Source: Pseudomonadota bacterium (GTDB taxonomy: Bacteria > Pseudomonadota > Alphaproteobacteria > Rhodobacterales > Rhodobacteraceae). Taken from it: a DNA stretch of 64,000 bases. A model generated the notes under the pieces. That model was not told the origin of the DNA, made no database searches, and worked only from the letters and a program-made list of their open reading frames with translations. Of the stretch, positions 38,655-48,430 are shown piece by piece (the stretch's first letter is position 1; each line of letters opens with the position of its first letter). The position numbers and the translations under genes were made by a program. The stretch lies in assembly GCA_039513195.1 (NCBI GenBank), contig JBCCRM010000021.1, positions 1,476 through 65,475 of the forward strand, written 5' to 3'.

Positions 38655-39328
38655 AGGTCGCTCGCGCCTTGCGAAAGCGTGCCCTGGCCGAGCCGCAGGA
38701 CGCGGGCCGCCACCTGACCCTTCACCGACCGCACCAGGCCTAGGTCATGGGTCGCGACCAGGACCGTTTTTCCCTGACGGTTCAGCTCTGTCAAAAGCCG
38801 CATCAGTTTACCGGCCATCTCCGGATCGACATTGCCTGTCGGTTCGTCTGCCAGGATCAGATCCGGCGCATTGATCACGGCGCGGGCGATTGCCGTGCGT
38901 TGCTTCTCGCCGGCGGAGAGTTCCGGCGGCCGGGCATCGCCGCGGTTGGCCAGTCCGACCCAATCGAGGAGGTCGGACAAGTCCCTCTGGCGTTCTTCGG
39001 CTCGAAGACCCGCAATGCGCAACGGCACCACGACATTCTCAGCAACGCTGAGATGATCGAGCAGACGGAAATCCTGGAACACGATGCCAATCCGGCGGCG
39101 AAGTCTGCTGGTCGCCTGGCGATCCAGGCCAGCGGTAGGATCCCCGAACATCGATAGACTGCCTGCCGTGGGCCTGAGCTCCAACGACAGCAGTTGCAAC
39201 AGGGTGGTCTTGCCCGCGCCGGACGGGCCGGTTAAGAAATTGAAAGTGCCGGGAACGAGGGACGCAGTTATGCGCGTGAGGATCGGTCGCCCGTCGTAGT
39301 TGAACCCCACTTCGTCCAGCGACACCAC
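38651..39328 (-). CDS. ftsE: cell division ATP-binding protein FtsE
   Basis: GPSGAGKTT, LSAGEKQRTAIARA, LILADEPTGNVD. The ORF extends to 39424, but GTG at 39328 after GGGGG gives the usual ~225 aa FtsE length. Confidence 0.8.
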   Translation of the reverse strand: MVSLDEVGFNYDGRPILTRITASLVPGTFNFLTGPSGAGKTTLLQLLSLELRPTAGSLSMFGDPTAGLDRQATSRLRRRIGIVFQDFRLLDHLSVAENVVVPLRIAGLRAEERQRDLSDLLDWVGLANRGDARPPELSAGEKQRTAIARAVINAPDLILADEPTGNVDPEMAGKLMRLLTELNRQGKTVLVATHDLGLVRSVKGQVAARVLRLGQGTLSQGASDL

Positions 39329-39473
39329 TGCTTCGCCCCCGTCTGACCCGGCCTGACGGTGCACATTCACGGTCTGTTTGACAACCGTGGATAGCGTAGC
39401 GGTGCTTGGCGGCGGCTGATGCACCGTCTATAGGAAGACACGGAAGGTCCCGCCAGAAGGGGGAGAACGCAGC

Positions 39474-40661
39474 GTGAGTGAAATCGTCTGCCCATCGTGC
39501 AGAGCACGCTATCAGATCCCACCGAGCATGATCGGCCCGGACGGGCGTGTTGTGAAGTGTTCGTCCTGCGGCCATCGGTGGCGGGCACATCCTGAGGTTG
39601 CCGAGGCTGCGCCCCAGACAGATTTGAATGCACCGATGCCTGGGGCGTCTGCGGGACTCGCGGGGCCGCCTGCGCAGCCCTACCCAGCGGCACAATCGCC
39701 TGTCCCGCCGCTGCCGGAGCCGCCCCAGGCGGCGGTGCAGAAGCCTCTGCCGGAGGAGCCCCCTTTTCCCCCGCAGCCGCCTTATCCGGACCGCGGTGGC
39801 AATGCATCGCCTTTCCCGGGGCAACCCCAAGCGACACCGCAGCCGTCGGCGTCGCAGCTTCATCCCTTGCCCGGGCAAACGGACGATGCGCTGCGCGAGC
39901 ACTTAGCCGGGTCCGCACCGGTGGCCGACGATCGCAAGCGCGTGACGCCTTTGCGCGCCGTGCCCGATCCGGGCCCTGGAGAGAACCGGATCCTCGGCGG
40001 CAATCTGGGCGAGGATGACGACGATCTGCTCGGGCCGGACGACTACGACCGGGCGGCGCCGGCGGCCTTTTCCGATGGTCGGGTGGAGCCGGAACCTCCC
40101 AGCTCGGGCCAGAAGTCGAACCAGGAGACGCTGCAAGAGGAGCGTCTCGCACAGATGGTCGAAATCCGCGCGATGCTGGACGACCTGCAGCGCTCGCGCG
40201 GGAAGGGTGAGCCGGGCGGCCCGCCTGCGCTGCCCGAGCCGGAGGGTGGTAGTGCCGACCGGCCCCTGTCACGTCGTGGAAAGAACCGGGAGCTGGACGA
40301 GGTCGATCCTCTGCGGGAGAAGCTGGCCAACCGTCCGGCGAAGGCGGAGGGCGGCAAAAAGCCGCCGGGAGATACCCGCAAGTCGTTGATGAAGCGCCAT
40401 CAGAAACGGGCGAAGCAGCGTAAGATCGCCGATGCACGGAAAGGGCCGAGCGCATTTTCCACCGGGCTCATGCTGATTGTCATGATCGCGGCGGTGATGA
40501 CCGGCGTTTACGTTCTGCATCCGCAGATCATAGAGCGTCTCCCGGGCACCGAGGCTGCGATGCGGGACTATGTCGCCAGCATCGACAATCTGCGCGGCTC
40601 GGTGGCTGAAAGTTATTCAGGCCTGATCGCCTGGGTCGGGGAACGGCTCGAAAACCTCTGA
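39474..40661 (+). CDS. MJ0042-type zinc-ribbon protein with proline-rich linker and C-terminal transmembrane helix
   Basis: CPSCRARYQIP...KCSSCGHRW zinc ribbon, long P/Q-rich region, one transmembrane helix near the C-terminus. GTG start after AAGGGGGAG. Confidence 0.75.
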   Translation: MSEIVCPSCRARYQIPPSMIGPDGRVVKCSSCGHRWRAHPEVAEAAPQTDLNAPMPGASAGLAGPPAQPYPAAQSPVPPLPEPPQAAVQKPLPEEPPFPPQPPYPDRGGNASPFPGQPQATPQPSASQLHPLPGQTDDALREHLAGSAPVADDRKRVTPLRAVPDPGPGENRILGGNLGEDDDDLLGPDDYDRAAPAAFSDGRVEPEPPSSGQKSNQETLQEERLAQMVEIRAMLDDLQRSRGKGEPGGPPALPEPEGGSADRPLSRRGKNRELDEVDPLREKLANRPAKAEGGKKPPGDTRKSLMKRHQKRAKQRKIADARKGPSAFSTGLMLIVMIAAVMTGVYVLHPQIIERLPGTEAAMRDYVASIDNLRGSVAESYSGLIAWVGERLENL

Positions 40662-40728
40662 CGCGTTTCGAACAGATACAGCATTGCTCGGCGAGCGCGG
40701 TGTTTCCATTCCACCGCGCGTGCCGTTG

Positions 40729-43356
40729 TCAGAACTGGTCGAGTAGCCGGTCGAGATAGTCGAGTTCCAATCGCGGCCTCTCCGGTTCCGCCGCACGCCG
40801 GCGCAACTCCTCCAACACCTCGCGCGCCCGGTCGAGCACGGACCGGTCTGGGACGCCAGTGTTCCGCCCATCGATCGACCCGAACGTGCCGGCCGGCCGA
40901 TCGAACGGGTCGAGCCGCGGTTCATCCCGCCCGTCGCCCCTGCCGCGTCCGTCGCCAACCGCATTCACATCGCCTTGGCCTTGCTGCTGCATCTGCTGCG
41001 CCAACGCTTCCGCGCCGTCGCTGAGGCGGTCGAGCGCGTCCATCTGATCCTGCACGGCATCGCTATTCTGGCCTTGCGAGAGATCGTCCCGAGCCTCGCC
41101 CATGGCTTCCCCGGCATCGTCGAGGGCGTCGCGTAACTGCTCGCCATTCGGACCGCCGGGCAACTGCCGGGCAAGTTCGTCGAGCGCACGCCGCAACGCT
41201 TCTTGTTCGGCGGCGAGATCGTCGCCACCCATGGGACCGCCTTCGCCCTGGCCGGGCCCCTGTCCCTGGCCTTGGCCCTGACCGCGCTGTTGGCCTTGGC
41301 CTCTCTCGCCTTGCTCCCCGGACTGACCCTCGCCCATCTGGCCGGGTTGTTGTCCTTGCTGACCACCTTGGCGGCCCTCCCTGCGCTCACGGCGCATTTG
41401 ATCGAAGGTCCGATCGGCCAGGTCGCGCTGACGCTGGATCATCTCCTGCAGCGCCTGCATTTGCTGCTGACCCTGGCCGGATTGACCGGGTTGCATCTGA
41501 CCCGCCTGGAGGTTCTCAAGCATGCGCGACAGTTCCGAGAGCATGTCGCGGGCCTGGTCGCGCAAGCCGCTCTCTGCCCGGCGCTGCAACTCGTCCAGCA
41601 TCTCATCGAGGTCCTGCTGGGTGAGCTCCCGCCCCTGCTCGCCAGGCTGCTGTTGTTGTTGCTGTTGGCCCATCTGCTGCTGCTGTTGGAGCGCCTGGCG
41701 GGTCATCTCTATAAGGTACTCTTGCATCGCCATGCGCAGCTCTTCGATGGCCCGGCGGATATCGTCCTCGGTGCCATTCTCCAGCGCATCTCGCAAGCGT
41801 TGTTCGGCCGAACGCAGCCTCTCCAGCGCCGAGGAAAGATCGCCTTCCTCTAGGCTCAGCGCCGCCAACCACAACAGCTCGACCACCGTCGGCGCAATCT
41901 CGGGCACCCGGTCGTCGCCCAGCGAGAAAGCCAGGCGTCGGATCGCCGTCCGAACAGCGAGGTACGCCCCGTGATTGTTGTCGAACACTTCGTCAGGCGC
42001 GCGCGTTACCGCCTGGAGGACATCGAGAACTCGGTCCGCCACGCCGAAATCGAGTGCCAGGCTGCGGCGCTGCTCGACCAGCGCGCGAGCAAGCGGGTGG
42101 GTGAAGGGTTTGCCCGGCAGCTCGAAGGTAATCACCTCAGTCACCGCCTGCTGCCCGGCGCCATCCTCGGCATGTAGGGTCATATCGACCGGCCCGCCGG
42201 CCCAAGGGTGTTCGGAGAAGTCTTGGATGGTCGCGTCGGCCACCCGCCGCGGATCGCCTGTGATCGGAAGCGGCAGCGCGAATTCGAGCGGCTCCAGCGG
42301 CAGCCCTTTCGACTCGACCTCGCCACCAGGGGGCACGATACGCCCCCAGGCCGAAACGACGCCATAATCGTCCTCGGCCTCGAAATGCACCTCCGCCGCA
42401 CCTGTCAATGTGGTCCCAGGCAAGCGCGGCGCCCGGATCGATGGCGGGGCATCCGGGGTGACCGAGATCGTCCAATCGGCAAGCGTTTCACCTTCTGCGG
42501 TGATCGAAACGCGCCCGCTGTCCGAGATCACAGCCCGCGCCTCGTGCAACCCGCCACCATAGCTGCGGAAGCCTTCGAAGCCTGTCAGACCGGGTCCTTC
42601 CAACACCGGCACGGCCTCGACATCCGTAACGCGCAGCACCAGATCGGATCCGACCGGCAGCGTTAGCGGACCGAGGGCCGAGGCGCGGTTAAGGTGAACC
42701 GTGTCGAGACCTGTGTAAGAGGGCGGCGTTGCCCACCCTTCCGCAGCGGCAACCCGCACAGGCGCCACATCGGGCGCCGTCGGTGCAGCCTTAGGCGCCT
42801 CGAGAAGGGTTGCAAGCCGCGCCTCCCACGCATCACCGGCAGAGATGATGCCCGCCAACAAAACCACCGGCGCCGCCAGCCGCAGGGCCCAGCGATCCCG
42901 CGATGCCATTCGCAGGTTGGGCGCCGAAGCCCTCAGACGGTCGGCCGCGGCGGCGGCCCGACGCTGATGGGCAATCCAAAGCTGGTTTGCAAAAGTATCG
43001 TCCCGCCCCGCGGCGAGCTGATCGGTCATTGTGGAGATCGGCCGCTCTGCCCCATCGCCCTCCAACCGTCGCGCGCCCTCATCGAGGCTCGGCAGTCGCA
43101 GCTGGTAGCATCCCCAGCCCAGCAATACGACAAAAGCTGCCACCGCGCTCCAGACGGCAGCTTGATGCCACACCCCGGTAAGTTCCGCGAAGACGCCGAA
43201 CAGCGCTAAGCCCAGCACAAACAAGACGATTGAGACACAGGGCCAGAAGGCTGCGGCAATGCGCTCGGCCAGCAACGCGCTTCGGCTCAACCGCATCTGC
43301 CGTCGTAGCGATGGCGGCGTGGCGCGTGTTCTGCCGCGGAAGGTGACTTGAGTCAT
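40729..43356 (-). CDS. large membrane-anchored protein (TIGR02302 / DUF4175-like)
   Basis: 875 aa, N-terminal transmembrane helices, Q/G-rich central region. Its position upstream of lysA matches the conserved alphaproteobacterial neighbourhood as I recall it. Confidence 0.6.
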   Translation of the reverse strand: MTQVTFRGRTRATPPSLRRQMRLSRSALLAERIAAAFWPCVSIVLFVLGLALFGVFAELTGVWHQAAVWSAVAAFVVLLGWGCYQLRLPSLDEGARRLEGDGAERPISTMTDQLAAGRDDTFANQLWIAHQRRAAAAADRLRASAPNLRMASRDRWALRLAAPVVLLAGIISAGDAWEARLATLLEAPKAAPTAPDVAPVRVAAAEGWATPPSYTGLDTVHLNRASALGPLTLPVGSDLVLRVTDVEAVPVLEGPGLTGFEGFRSYGGGLHEARAVISDSGRVSITAEGETLADWTISVTPDAPPSIRAPRLPGTTLTGAAEVHFEAEDDYGVVSAWGRIVPPGGEVESKGLPLEPLEFALPLPITGDPRRVADATIQDFSEHPWAGGPVDMTLHAEDGAGQQAVTEVITFELPGKPFTHPLARALVEQRRSLALDFGVADRVLDVLQAVTRAPDEVFDNNHGAYLAVRTAIRRLAFSLGDDRVPEIAPTVVELLWLAALSLEEGDLSSALERLRSAEQRLRDALENGTEDDIRRAIEELRMAMQEYLIEMTRQALQQQQQMGQQQQQQQPGEQGRELTQQDLDEMLDELQRRAESGLRDQARDMLSELSRMLENLQAGQMQPGQSGQGQQQMQALQEMIQRQRDLADRTFDQMRRERREGRQGGQQGQQPGQMGEGQSGEQGERGQGQQRGQGQGQGQGPGQGEGGPMGGDDLAAEQEALRRALDELARQLPGGPNGEQLRDALDDAGEAMGEARDDLSQGQNSDAVQDQMDALDRLSDGAEALAQQMQQQGQGDVNAVGDGRGRGDGRDEPRLDPFDRPAGTFGSIDGRNTGVPDRSVLDRAREVLEELRRRAAEPERPRLELDYLDRLLDQF
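41227..41691 (-). repeat. Q/G-rich low-complexity coding tract
   Basis: QQQQQMGQQQQQQQPGEQ ... GQQGQQPGQMGEGQSGEQGERGQGQQRGQGQGQGQGPGQGEGG, at roughly aa 556-710. Confidence 0.7.
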
Positions 43357-44711
43357 GACCTCTCCTTCGTCCTCGGCGCTACCAGTCCGGCGGAAACCTC
43401 GGGGGTCGGCCGCAGCATCGATCCTGCGGCACTGCCTGGCATTGCGTCTAGCCAGGACGGCATTGAATCGCGTGATATCATCTCTGGCAATGTGGGGCGT
43501 CTTCGAATGACTGCAAAGTCTTTATCTCGGACCAAGACTTCTGGAACCAAGGGGCGACTGTTGTATTCCGACGACATAACTGCGCCATAAGCCCCGGCAG
43601 AACGGAAGGCGACGAGGTCTCCTGCATCGAGGACCGGCAGCAGCCGCTGGGTCGCGAAGGTGTCACCGGTCTCGCAAACCGGGCCTACCACGTCGACCGG
43701 CGCCAGCGGCGCATCCGACGCGGGTTCTGCCACCGCAACGATATCGTGCCATGCTTCGTAGAGGGTCGGGCGGATCAGGTCATTCATGGCCGCGTCGAGG
43801 ATCAGGAAGTCTCGCTCTGCCCCTTCTTTGCGATAAATCACCCGCGACAGGAGCACCCCCGCATTGCCGGCAATCAGGCGACCGGGCTCAATTGTGACTT
43901 TCGCGCCGAGCCCCCCCACAGTGCGGCGGATCAACGCGCCGTAGTCGAAGGGAAGCGGCGGCGCCGTGTTGGCGGCGCGGTACGGGATGCCAAGCCCGCC
44001 GCCGAGGTCGATCTCCTCGATCGCATGGCCTTGGGCGCGGAGGGTACCGACAAGTTCCGCTACCTTGGTGAAGGCGTCTTCGAAGGGCGCAAGCTCGGTC
44101 AATTGGCTGCCGATATGGACATCGACACCCATCACCGCGATCCCGGGCATGGTCGCCGCGCGGGCGTAGAGCGCAGGGGCTTGGTCGATAGGGATGCCGA
44201 ACTTGTTCTCGGCCTTGCCAGTAGCGATTTTGGCATGGGTTCGGGCATCGACATCCGGATTGACGCGAAAGGCGATGCGGGCGGTCAGACCCATCGCCGC
44301 GGCGGTGGCACTGATCGCCTCCAGCTCCGGCGCGCTCTCGACATTGAAATGGCTGATCCTTGCGGCGAGAGCTTCGCGGATCTCCTCGACCGTTTTGCCG
44401 ACACCGGAGAACACGATTTTGTCCGGCGCCACACCGGCGGCCAAGGCGCGAGACAGCTCCCCGCCCGAGACGACGTCGGCCCCGGCGCCGAGGCTAGCCA
44501 GGAGACGCACCACAGCGATGTTCGAATTCGCCTTCATCGCATAAGCGATGCCGTGATCCATGCCGGCCAAGGCCTCCTCGAACACCCGGTAGTGGCGGGT
44601 CAGCGTCGCGGTCGAGTACACGAAAACCGGCGTGCCGACCGCCGCCGCGATATCCGCCAACGGCACGTCCTCGGCACACAGCTGCCCGGCACGATAGGTG
44701 AAGTGGTCCAT
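43353..44711 (-). CDS. lysA: diaminopimelate decarboxylase
   Basis: MDHFTYRAGQLCAEDVPLADIAAAVGTPVFVYS start, AMKANSN with the PLP lysine, 452 aa. Confidence 0.9.
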   Translation of the reverse strand: MDHFTYRAGQLCAEDVPLADIAAAVGTPVFVYSTATLTRHYRVFEEALAGMDHGIAYAMKANSNIAVVRLLASLGAGADVVSGGELSRALAAGVAPDKIVFSGVGKTVEEIREALAARISHFNVESAPELEAISATAAAMGLTARIAFRVNPDVDARTHAKIATGKAENKFGIPIDQAPALYARAATMPGIAVMGVDVHIGSQLTELAPFEDAFTKVAELVGTLRAQGHAIEEIDLGGGLGIPYRAANTAPPLPFDYGALIRRTVGGLGAKVTIEPGRLIAGNAGVLLSRVIYRKEGAERDFLILDAAMNDLIRPTLYEAWHDIVAVAEPASDAPLAPVDVVGPVCETGDTFATQRLLPVLDAGDLVAFRSAGAYGAVMSSEYNSRPLVPEVLVRDKDFAVIRRRPTLPEMISRDSMPSWLDAMPGSAAGSMLRPTPEVSAGLVAPRTKERS

Positions 44712-44730
44712 AGCGCCTCTCGCCGTGGGG

Positions 44731-45048
44731 TCAGGGAAGCGGACGCAGCCGCAGGAACAGGTAGAGCGGCAGGCCCACTGCGGGACCGAGCAGCAGCGTT
44801 GCGGGCACTGCGAGCAATCCAAGCGGGTCATGCCGGGCCATCGCCTCGCCGATAACGAAGACCACGGTCGCAGCGCCCAGAAGCGCTACGGAATCCGCCA
44901 TGGCGAGGCTCGCGCTGCTGGCGCGGATCTCTGCCAAGAACGCGTATGGGTTTGCGCCGTGCACCGCCAGCCACTCGCCCATGCGGCGGACCGGGAATAT
45001 CAGGCCGAGCGCGATCAGCAGCAGGTAGAAGAGGCGGGCAGGGGTCAT
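44731..45048 (-). CDS. small integral membrane protein (DUF2834-like)
   Basis: 105 aa from the ATG at 45048, with three to four hydrophobic helices. Confidence 0.5.
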   Translation of the reverse strand: MTPARLFYLLLIALGLIFPVRRMGEWLAVHGANPYAFLAEIRASSASLAMADSVALLGAATVVFVIGEAMARHDPLGLLAVPATLLLGPAVGLPLYLFLRLRPLP

Positions 45049-45052
45049 GGCG

Positions 45053-45160
45053 TCAGCCCTCCTCCGGCGGTTGTTCGGCTGTCTCCGAGGGCGGCTTGGG
45101 GTCGCCCTTGATCCCGCAGGCGGCAAGGGCCAAGGCGATGACGAGGAAAGCCGCTCTCAT
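45053..45160 (-). CDS. small lipoprotein (LptM/YifL-like)
   Basis: [24 protein letters not shown] with lipobox LAAC. 35 aa. ATGA overlap with the argH stop. Confidence 0.55.
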   Translation of the reverse strand: MRAAFLVIALALAACGIKGDPKPPSETAEQPPEEG

Positions 45161-46545
45161 CCCAGCACGTCCCGCCAGCGGGCAACCTGCTCGGCCACAC
45201 GCTCCGGCGCCGTGCCGCCAAAGCTGACCCTCGAGGCGACCGAGGCTTCCGGCGTCAGGACCGCATAGACATCGGCCGTGATCCGCGGCTCCACCGACTG
45301 CATGATGGCGAGATCCAGATCGGCGAGATCGCATCCGGCCCCCTCCGCCCGTTTCACCAAGCTGCCGGTGATGTGATGCGCCTCCCGAAACGGCAGGCCG
45401 AGCACGCGCACCAGCCAATCGGCCAGATCGGTCGCGGTCGAGAACCCAGTCCCCGCCGCCTCTGCTAATGCCTCCGCATTCGGGGCCATGTCGCGCGCCA
45501 TCCCTTCCATGGCTGCGAGCGCCAGCATAAGCGCGTCGGCAGCGTCGAAGACCGGCTCCTTATCCTCTTGCATATCCTTGGAGTAGGTCAGCGGCAGACC
45601 CTTCATCACCGTCGCCAGCGCCATCTGCGCGCCAAGGATACGGCCGACCTTCGCGCGGACCAGTTCCGCCGCATCGGGGTTCCGCTTTTGTGGCATGATC
45701 GAGGAGCCGGTGGTGAACCGGTCGCTCATGCGCAAGAAATGGAACTGTGCGGAGGACCAGATCACAATCTCCTCGGCCAAGCGGGAGAGATGGGTTGCCG
45801 CGACGCCCGCTGCGGCTAGAAACTCCATCGCAAAGTCCCGGTCGCTGACCGCATCGAGAGAGTTGGCTGCAGGACGGTCGAAGCCGAGCGCGCTTGCCGT
45901 CGCCGCTCGGTCGATTGGAAAGGACGTGCCCGCCAACGCTGCGGCGCCGAGCGGACATTCGTTCATCCGCGCACGGGCATCGGCAAAGCGCCCGCGGTCC
46001 CGCGCGAACATCTCGACATAGGCCAGCATATGGTGACCCCACGTCACCGGCTGCGCCACCTGCAGATGGGTAAAGCCTGGCATCACCAGCGCTCGTCCTG
46101 CCTGCGCTTGGTCCAGCAGTGCGCGGGAGAGCGCGAGGAGGCCCGCATCGACCTCGTCGATGGTCTTGCGTACCCACAAACGGAAATCGGTCGCGACCTG
46201 GTCGTTGCGGGACCGGGCAGTGTGGAGACGGGCTGCCGGTTCGCCGACCAAGTCCCGCAGCCGCGCCTCTATGTTCATGTGGATGTCTTCCAGAGCGATG
46301 GAGAACGTAAACCTGCCTTCCGCGATCTCCCTTTCGATCTCGCTCAAGCCCTTTTCGATGGCCGCGGCGTCGGTCTCCGAAATGATGCCCTGGGCTGCCA
46401 ACATTGCGGCATGGGCCCGGCTGCCAGCGATGTCCTCTGCCGCGAAACGCCGGTCAAAACCGATGGAGGCATTTATCTCCTCCATAATCGCGGATGGTCC
46501 GGCCGCAAAACGCCCTCCCCAGATTTGACTCGATTCTGTGCTCAT
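45157..46545 (-). CDS. argH: argininosuccinate lyase
   Basis: [12 protein letters not shown]-terminus and [12 protein letters not shown] signature. Confidence 0.95.
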   Translation of the reverse strand: MSTESSQIWGGRFAAGPSAIMEEINASIGFDRRFAAEDIAGSRAHAAMLAAQGIISETDAAAIEKGLSEIEREIAEGRFTFSIALEDIHMNIEARLRDLVGEPAARLHTARSRNDQVATDFRLWVRKTIDEVDAGLLALSRALLDQAQAGRALVMPGFTHLQVAQPVTWGHHMLAYVEMFARDRGRFADARARMNECPLGAAALAGTSFPIDRAATASALGFDRPAANSLDAVSDRDFAMEFLAAAGVAATHLSRLAEEIVIWSSAQFHFLRMSDRFTTGSSIMPQKRNPDAAELVRAKVGRILGAQMALATVMKGLPLTYSKDMQEDKEPVFDAADALMLALAAMEGMARDMAPNAEALAEAAGTGFSTATDLADWLVRVLGLPFREAHHITGSLVKRAEGAGCDLADLDLAIMQSVEPRITADVYAVLTPEASVASRVSFGGTAPERVAEQVARWRDVLG

Positions 46546-46614
46546 TAAGGGGTTCCGCTTGCCAATTGCTCGCTTATGTTCCGCACTGGTATACCACAGC
46601 TCTCGGAGGAGCCC

Positions 46615-47238
46615 ATGATCAGACCAGTCACTGCTGTAGCTGCAACTGTTTTGCTATACGGCGCCTTGGCCTTGGGCGCAAATTCTGCCGTTGCTGATGG
46701 GCTCGATGCCGATGCACGGGAGGCAATTGCAGAGCTGCGGGAGGGTACCCTCGACAAGCTGGTGATCCACGACGAGGCGCGAGAGTTTAAGAGCGAAGCC
46801 TTCGTCGACGGCAACGGTGGACCGGTCACCATGGCCGATTTTGAAGGCAAGGTCGTTCTTTTGAATTTTTGGGCCACCTGGTGCCCTCCTTGCCGGGCTG
46901 AAATGCCCTCCATCGACCGTCTTTCCGGTGAACTTGGCGGCGAGGACTTCCATGTCGTCGCCTTGTCTTTGGACCGCGGGCATGTCGGCCGGATCGAGAA
47001 GTTTTTCGGCGAGATCGCTGTCGAGCATCTCGCAATCTATCAGGATGCGAAGAACAAAACTGCGCGTAGCGCTTCTATCCTAGGTCTGCCGGTGACGGTG
47101 ATACTAGACCGTGAAGGCCAAGAGATCGCCCGGCTGACAGGCGATGCGGAGTGGGACAGCGAAAGCGCGAAGGCGATCGTGGCGCACGTTATAGAAGCGA
47201 CCTCAAGCGGTGCCGAGCGCGCGGAGGTGTCGAAGTAA
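46615..47238 (+). CDS. tlpA: TlpA-family thiol:disulfide interchange protein
   Basis: [13 protein letters not shown] thioredoxin motif. ATG at 46615 after GGAGGAG. Signal anchor present. Confidence 0.8.
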   Translation: MIRPVTAVAATVLLYGALALGANSAVADGLDADAREAIAELREGTLDKLVIHDEAREFKSEAFVDGNGGPVTMADFEGKVVLLNFWATWCPPCRAEMPSIDRLSGELGGEDFHVVALSLDRGHVGRIEKFFGEIAVEHLAIYQDAKNKTARSASILGLPVTVILDREGQEIARLTGDAEWDSESAKAIVAHVIEATSSGAERAEVSK

Positions 47239-47243
47239 CCTCG

Positions 47244-47828
47244 TTAGCGCCCGGTCACCATGCGGCTCAGCACGCGATCGCGGTCCAATAAATGGTGCTT
47301 TACGGCGGCGCCTATATGCCCGGCAAGCACCAGCGCCAACGCCAGCGCCGAGTATCGGTGTAGCGCCGCCAGCCAGCCTTCCAGATCTCGATCTCCCGGA
47401 TCGATCGGGTCTGGCAGTTCGAACAGGCCGAAGACCATGTTCCTCACTTGCATTGGATATGCGTTGGCGTCATTCAGCGGTGACGCCGATGCCATTAACC
47501 AACCGGTCAACGGCAGGGCTATCATCAGCCCGTAGAGCAGGGCATGCCCGGTTGCCGCAACATGCCGCATCACCGGCGACGTGGCCGACGGCGCCGCCGG
47601 GCTGGGATTGGCGGCCCGCCATAGTACCCGCACCAACGCCAAAGCAAAGACCAGGGTGCCCCAGCTCTTATGGCTTTGGGTAAGCTGGAACCTTTGGATC
47701 AGGTCGTTGCCCACGATCTCGACCATGTAAAAGCCGACGGCCAGTTGCCAGAAGATCAGAAACGCCATGCTCCAATGCAGAAGCCGTGCAGGCCAACCCC
47801 AACCATCGGCGGTGTTGCGGAACCCCAT
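47244..47828 (-). CDS. cytochrome b561 family protein
   Basis: WPARLLHWSMAFLIFWQL and conserved His residues in 4 transmembrane helices. Confidence 0.75.
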   Translation of the reverse strand: MGFRNTADGWGWPARLLHWSMAFLIFWQLAVGFYMVEIVGNDLIQRFQLTQSHKSWGTLVFALALVRVLWRAANPSPAAPSATSPVMRHVAATGHALLYGLMIALPLTGWLMASASPLNDANAYPMQVRNMVFGLFELPDPIDPGDRDLEGWLAALHRYSALALALVLAGHIGAAVKHHLLDRDRVLSRMVTGR

Positions 47829-48412
47829 CAGCCGCCCTCCCGCCGTGCCAGGACTACAAAGCTGACGGCAACTTCGTCGGCGACATCCACGAAGATCTCG
47901 CCAATCCCGACCCCGAGCCCGAAAGGACGGCGGTCAAGGGTCAGGGTCCCCGATGCGGTGAAGTGATTGGCGGTTGTGAGCAAAGTCATCTCCGTCTCGA
48001 CCCGTCGGGTCACGCCGCGGATGGTCACCGTGCCGATCGACCAGTAGCCGCCATCTTCCATCGGCGCCAAGCTCTGCAGCCTATAGACCACCTGTGGGTG
48101 CTGCTTGGCATTGAACCACTCGCTGGATGTGGCCAGGGAGGAATAGAGTCGGCTGCCCAAGTCGACGCTGCGGCTGGCGATGCGTAGCACCAGATCCGCC
48201 TTGGCCGGGTCGTCGGGGTCGAGCCGGGCCCGGCCGCCAAAGCGGCGAAACGTCCCTGTCCGCGGATCGCCCCAAAGCTGGTAGTCGAAGCGGATCTCGC
48301 TCCCGACCTGATCGATCCGCCATTCTACAGGTTCGCTGCTTGCCGGCGCCGCCGCCAAAAAGACTGGGGCTGCGATGCCTAGGAACTGATAGATCCGCCG
48401 GGTCAGGGCCAT
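47828..48412 (-). CDS. YceI family periplasmic protein
   Basis: Signal peptide, YceI-like beta-barrel size, 1 nt overlap with the cytochrome b561 gene. Confidence 0.65.
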   Translation of the reverse strand: MALTRRIYQFLGIAAPVFLAAAPASSEPVEWRIDQVGSEIRFDYQLWGDPRTGTFRRFGGRARLDPDDPAKADLVLRIASRSVDLGSRLYSSLATSSEWFNAKQHPQVVYRLQSLAPMEDGGYWSIGTVTIRGVTRRVETEMTLLTTANHFTASGTLTLDRRPFGLGVGIGEIFVDVADEVAVSFVVLARREGG

Positions 48413-48430
48413 AGGAAAGCACGGATCGGG

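Noticed and set aside
41200-41700. Repetitive GGCCAG/GGACAG units, considered as a tandem repeat or CRISPR-like array.
   Set aside because: The units are in frame within a long ORF and encode GQ/QQ low-complexity protein. There is no repeat-spacer architecture.
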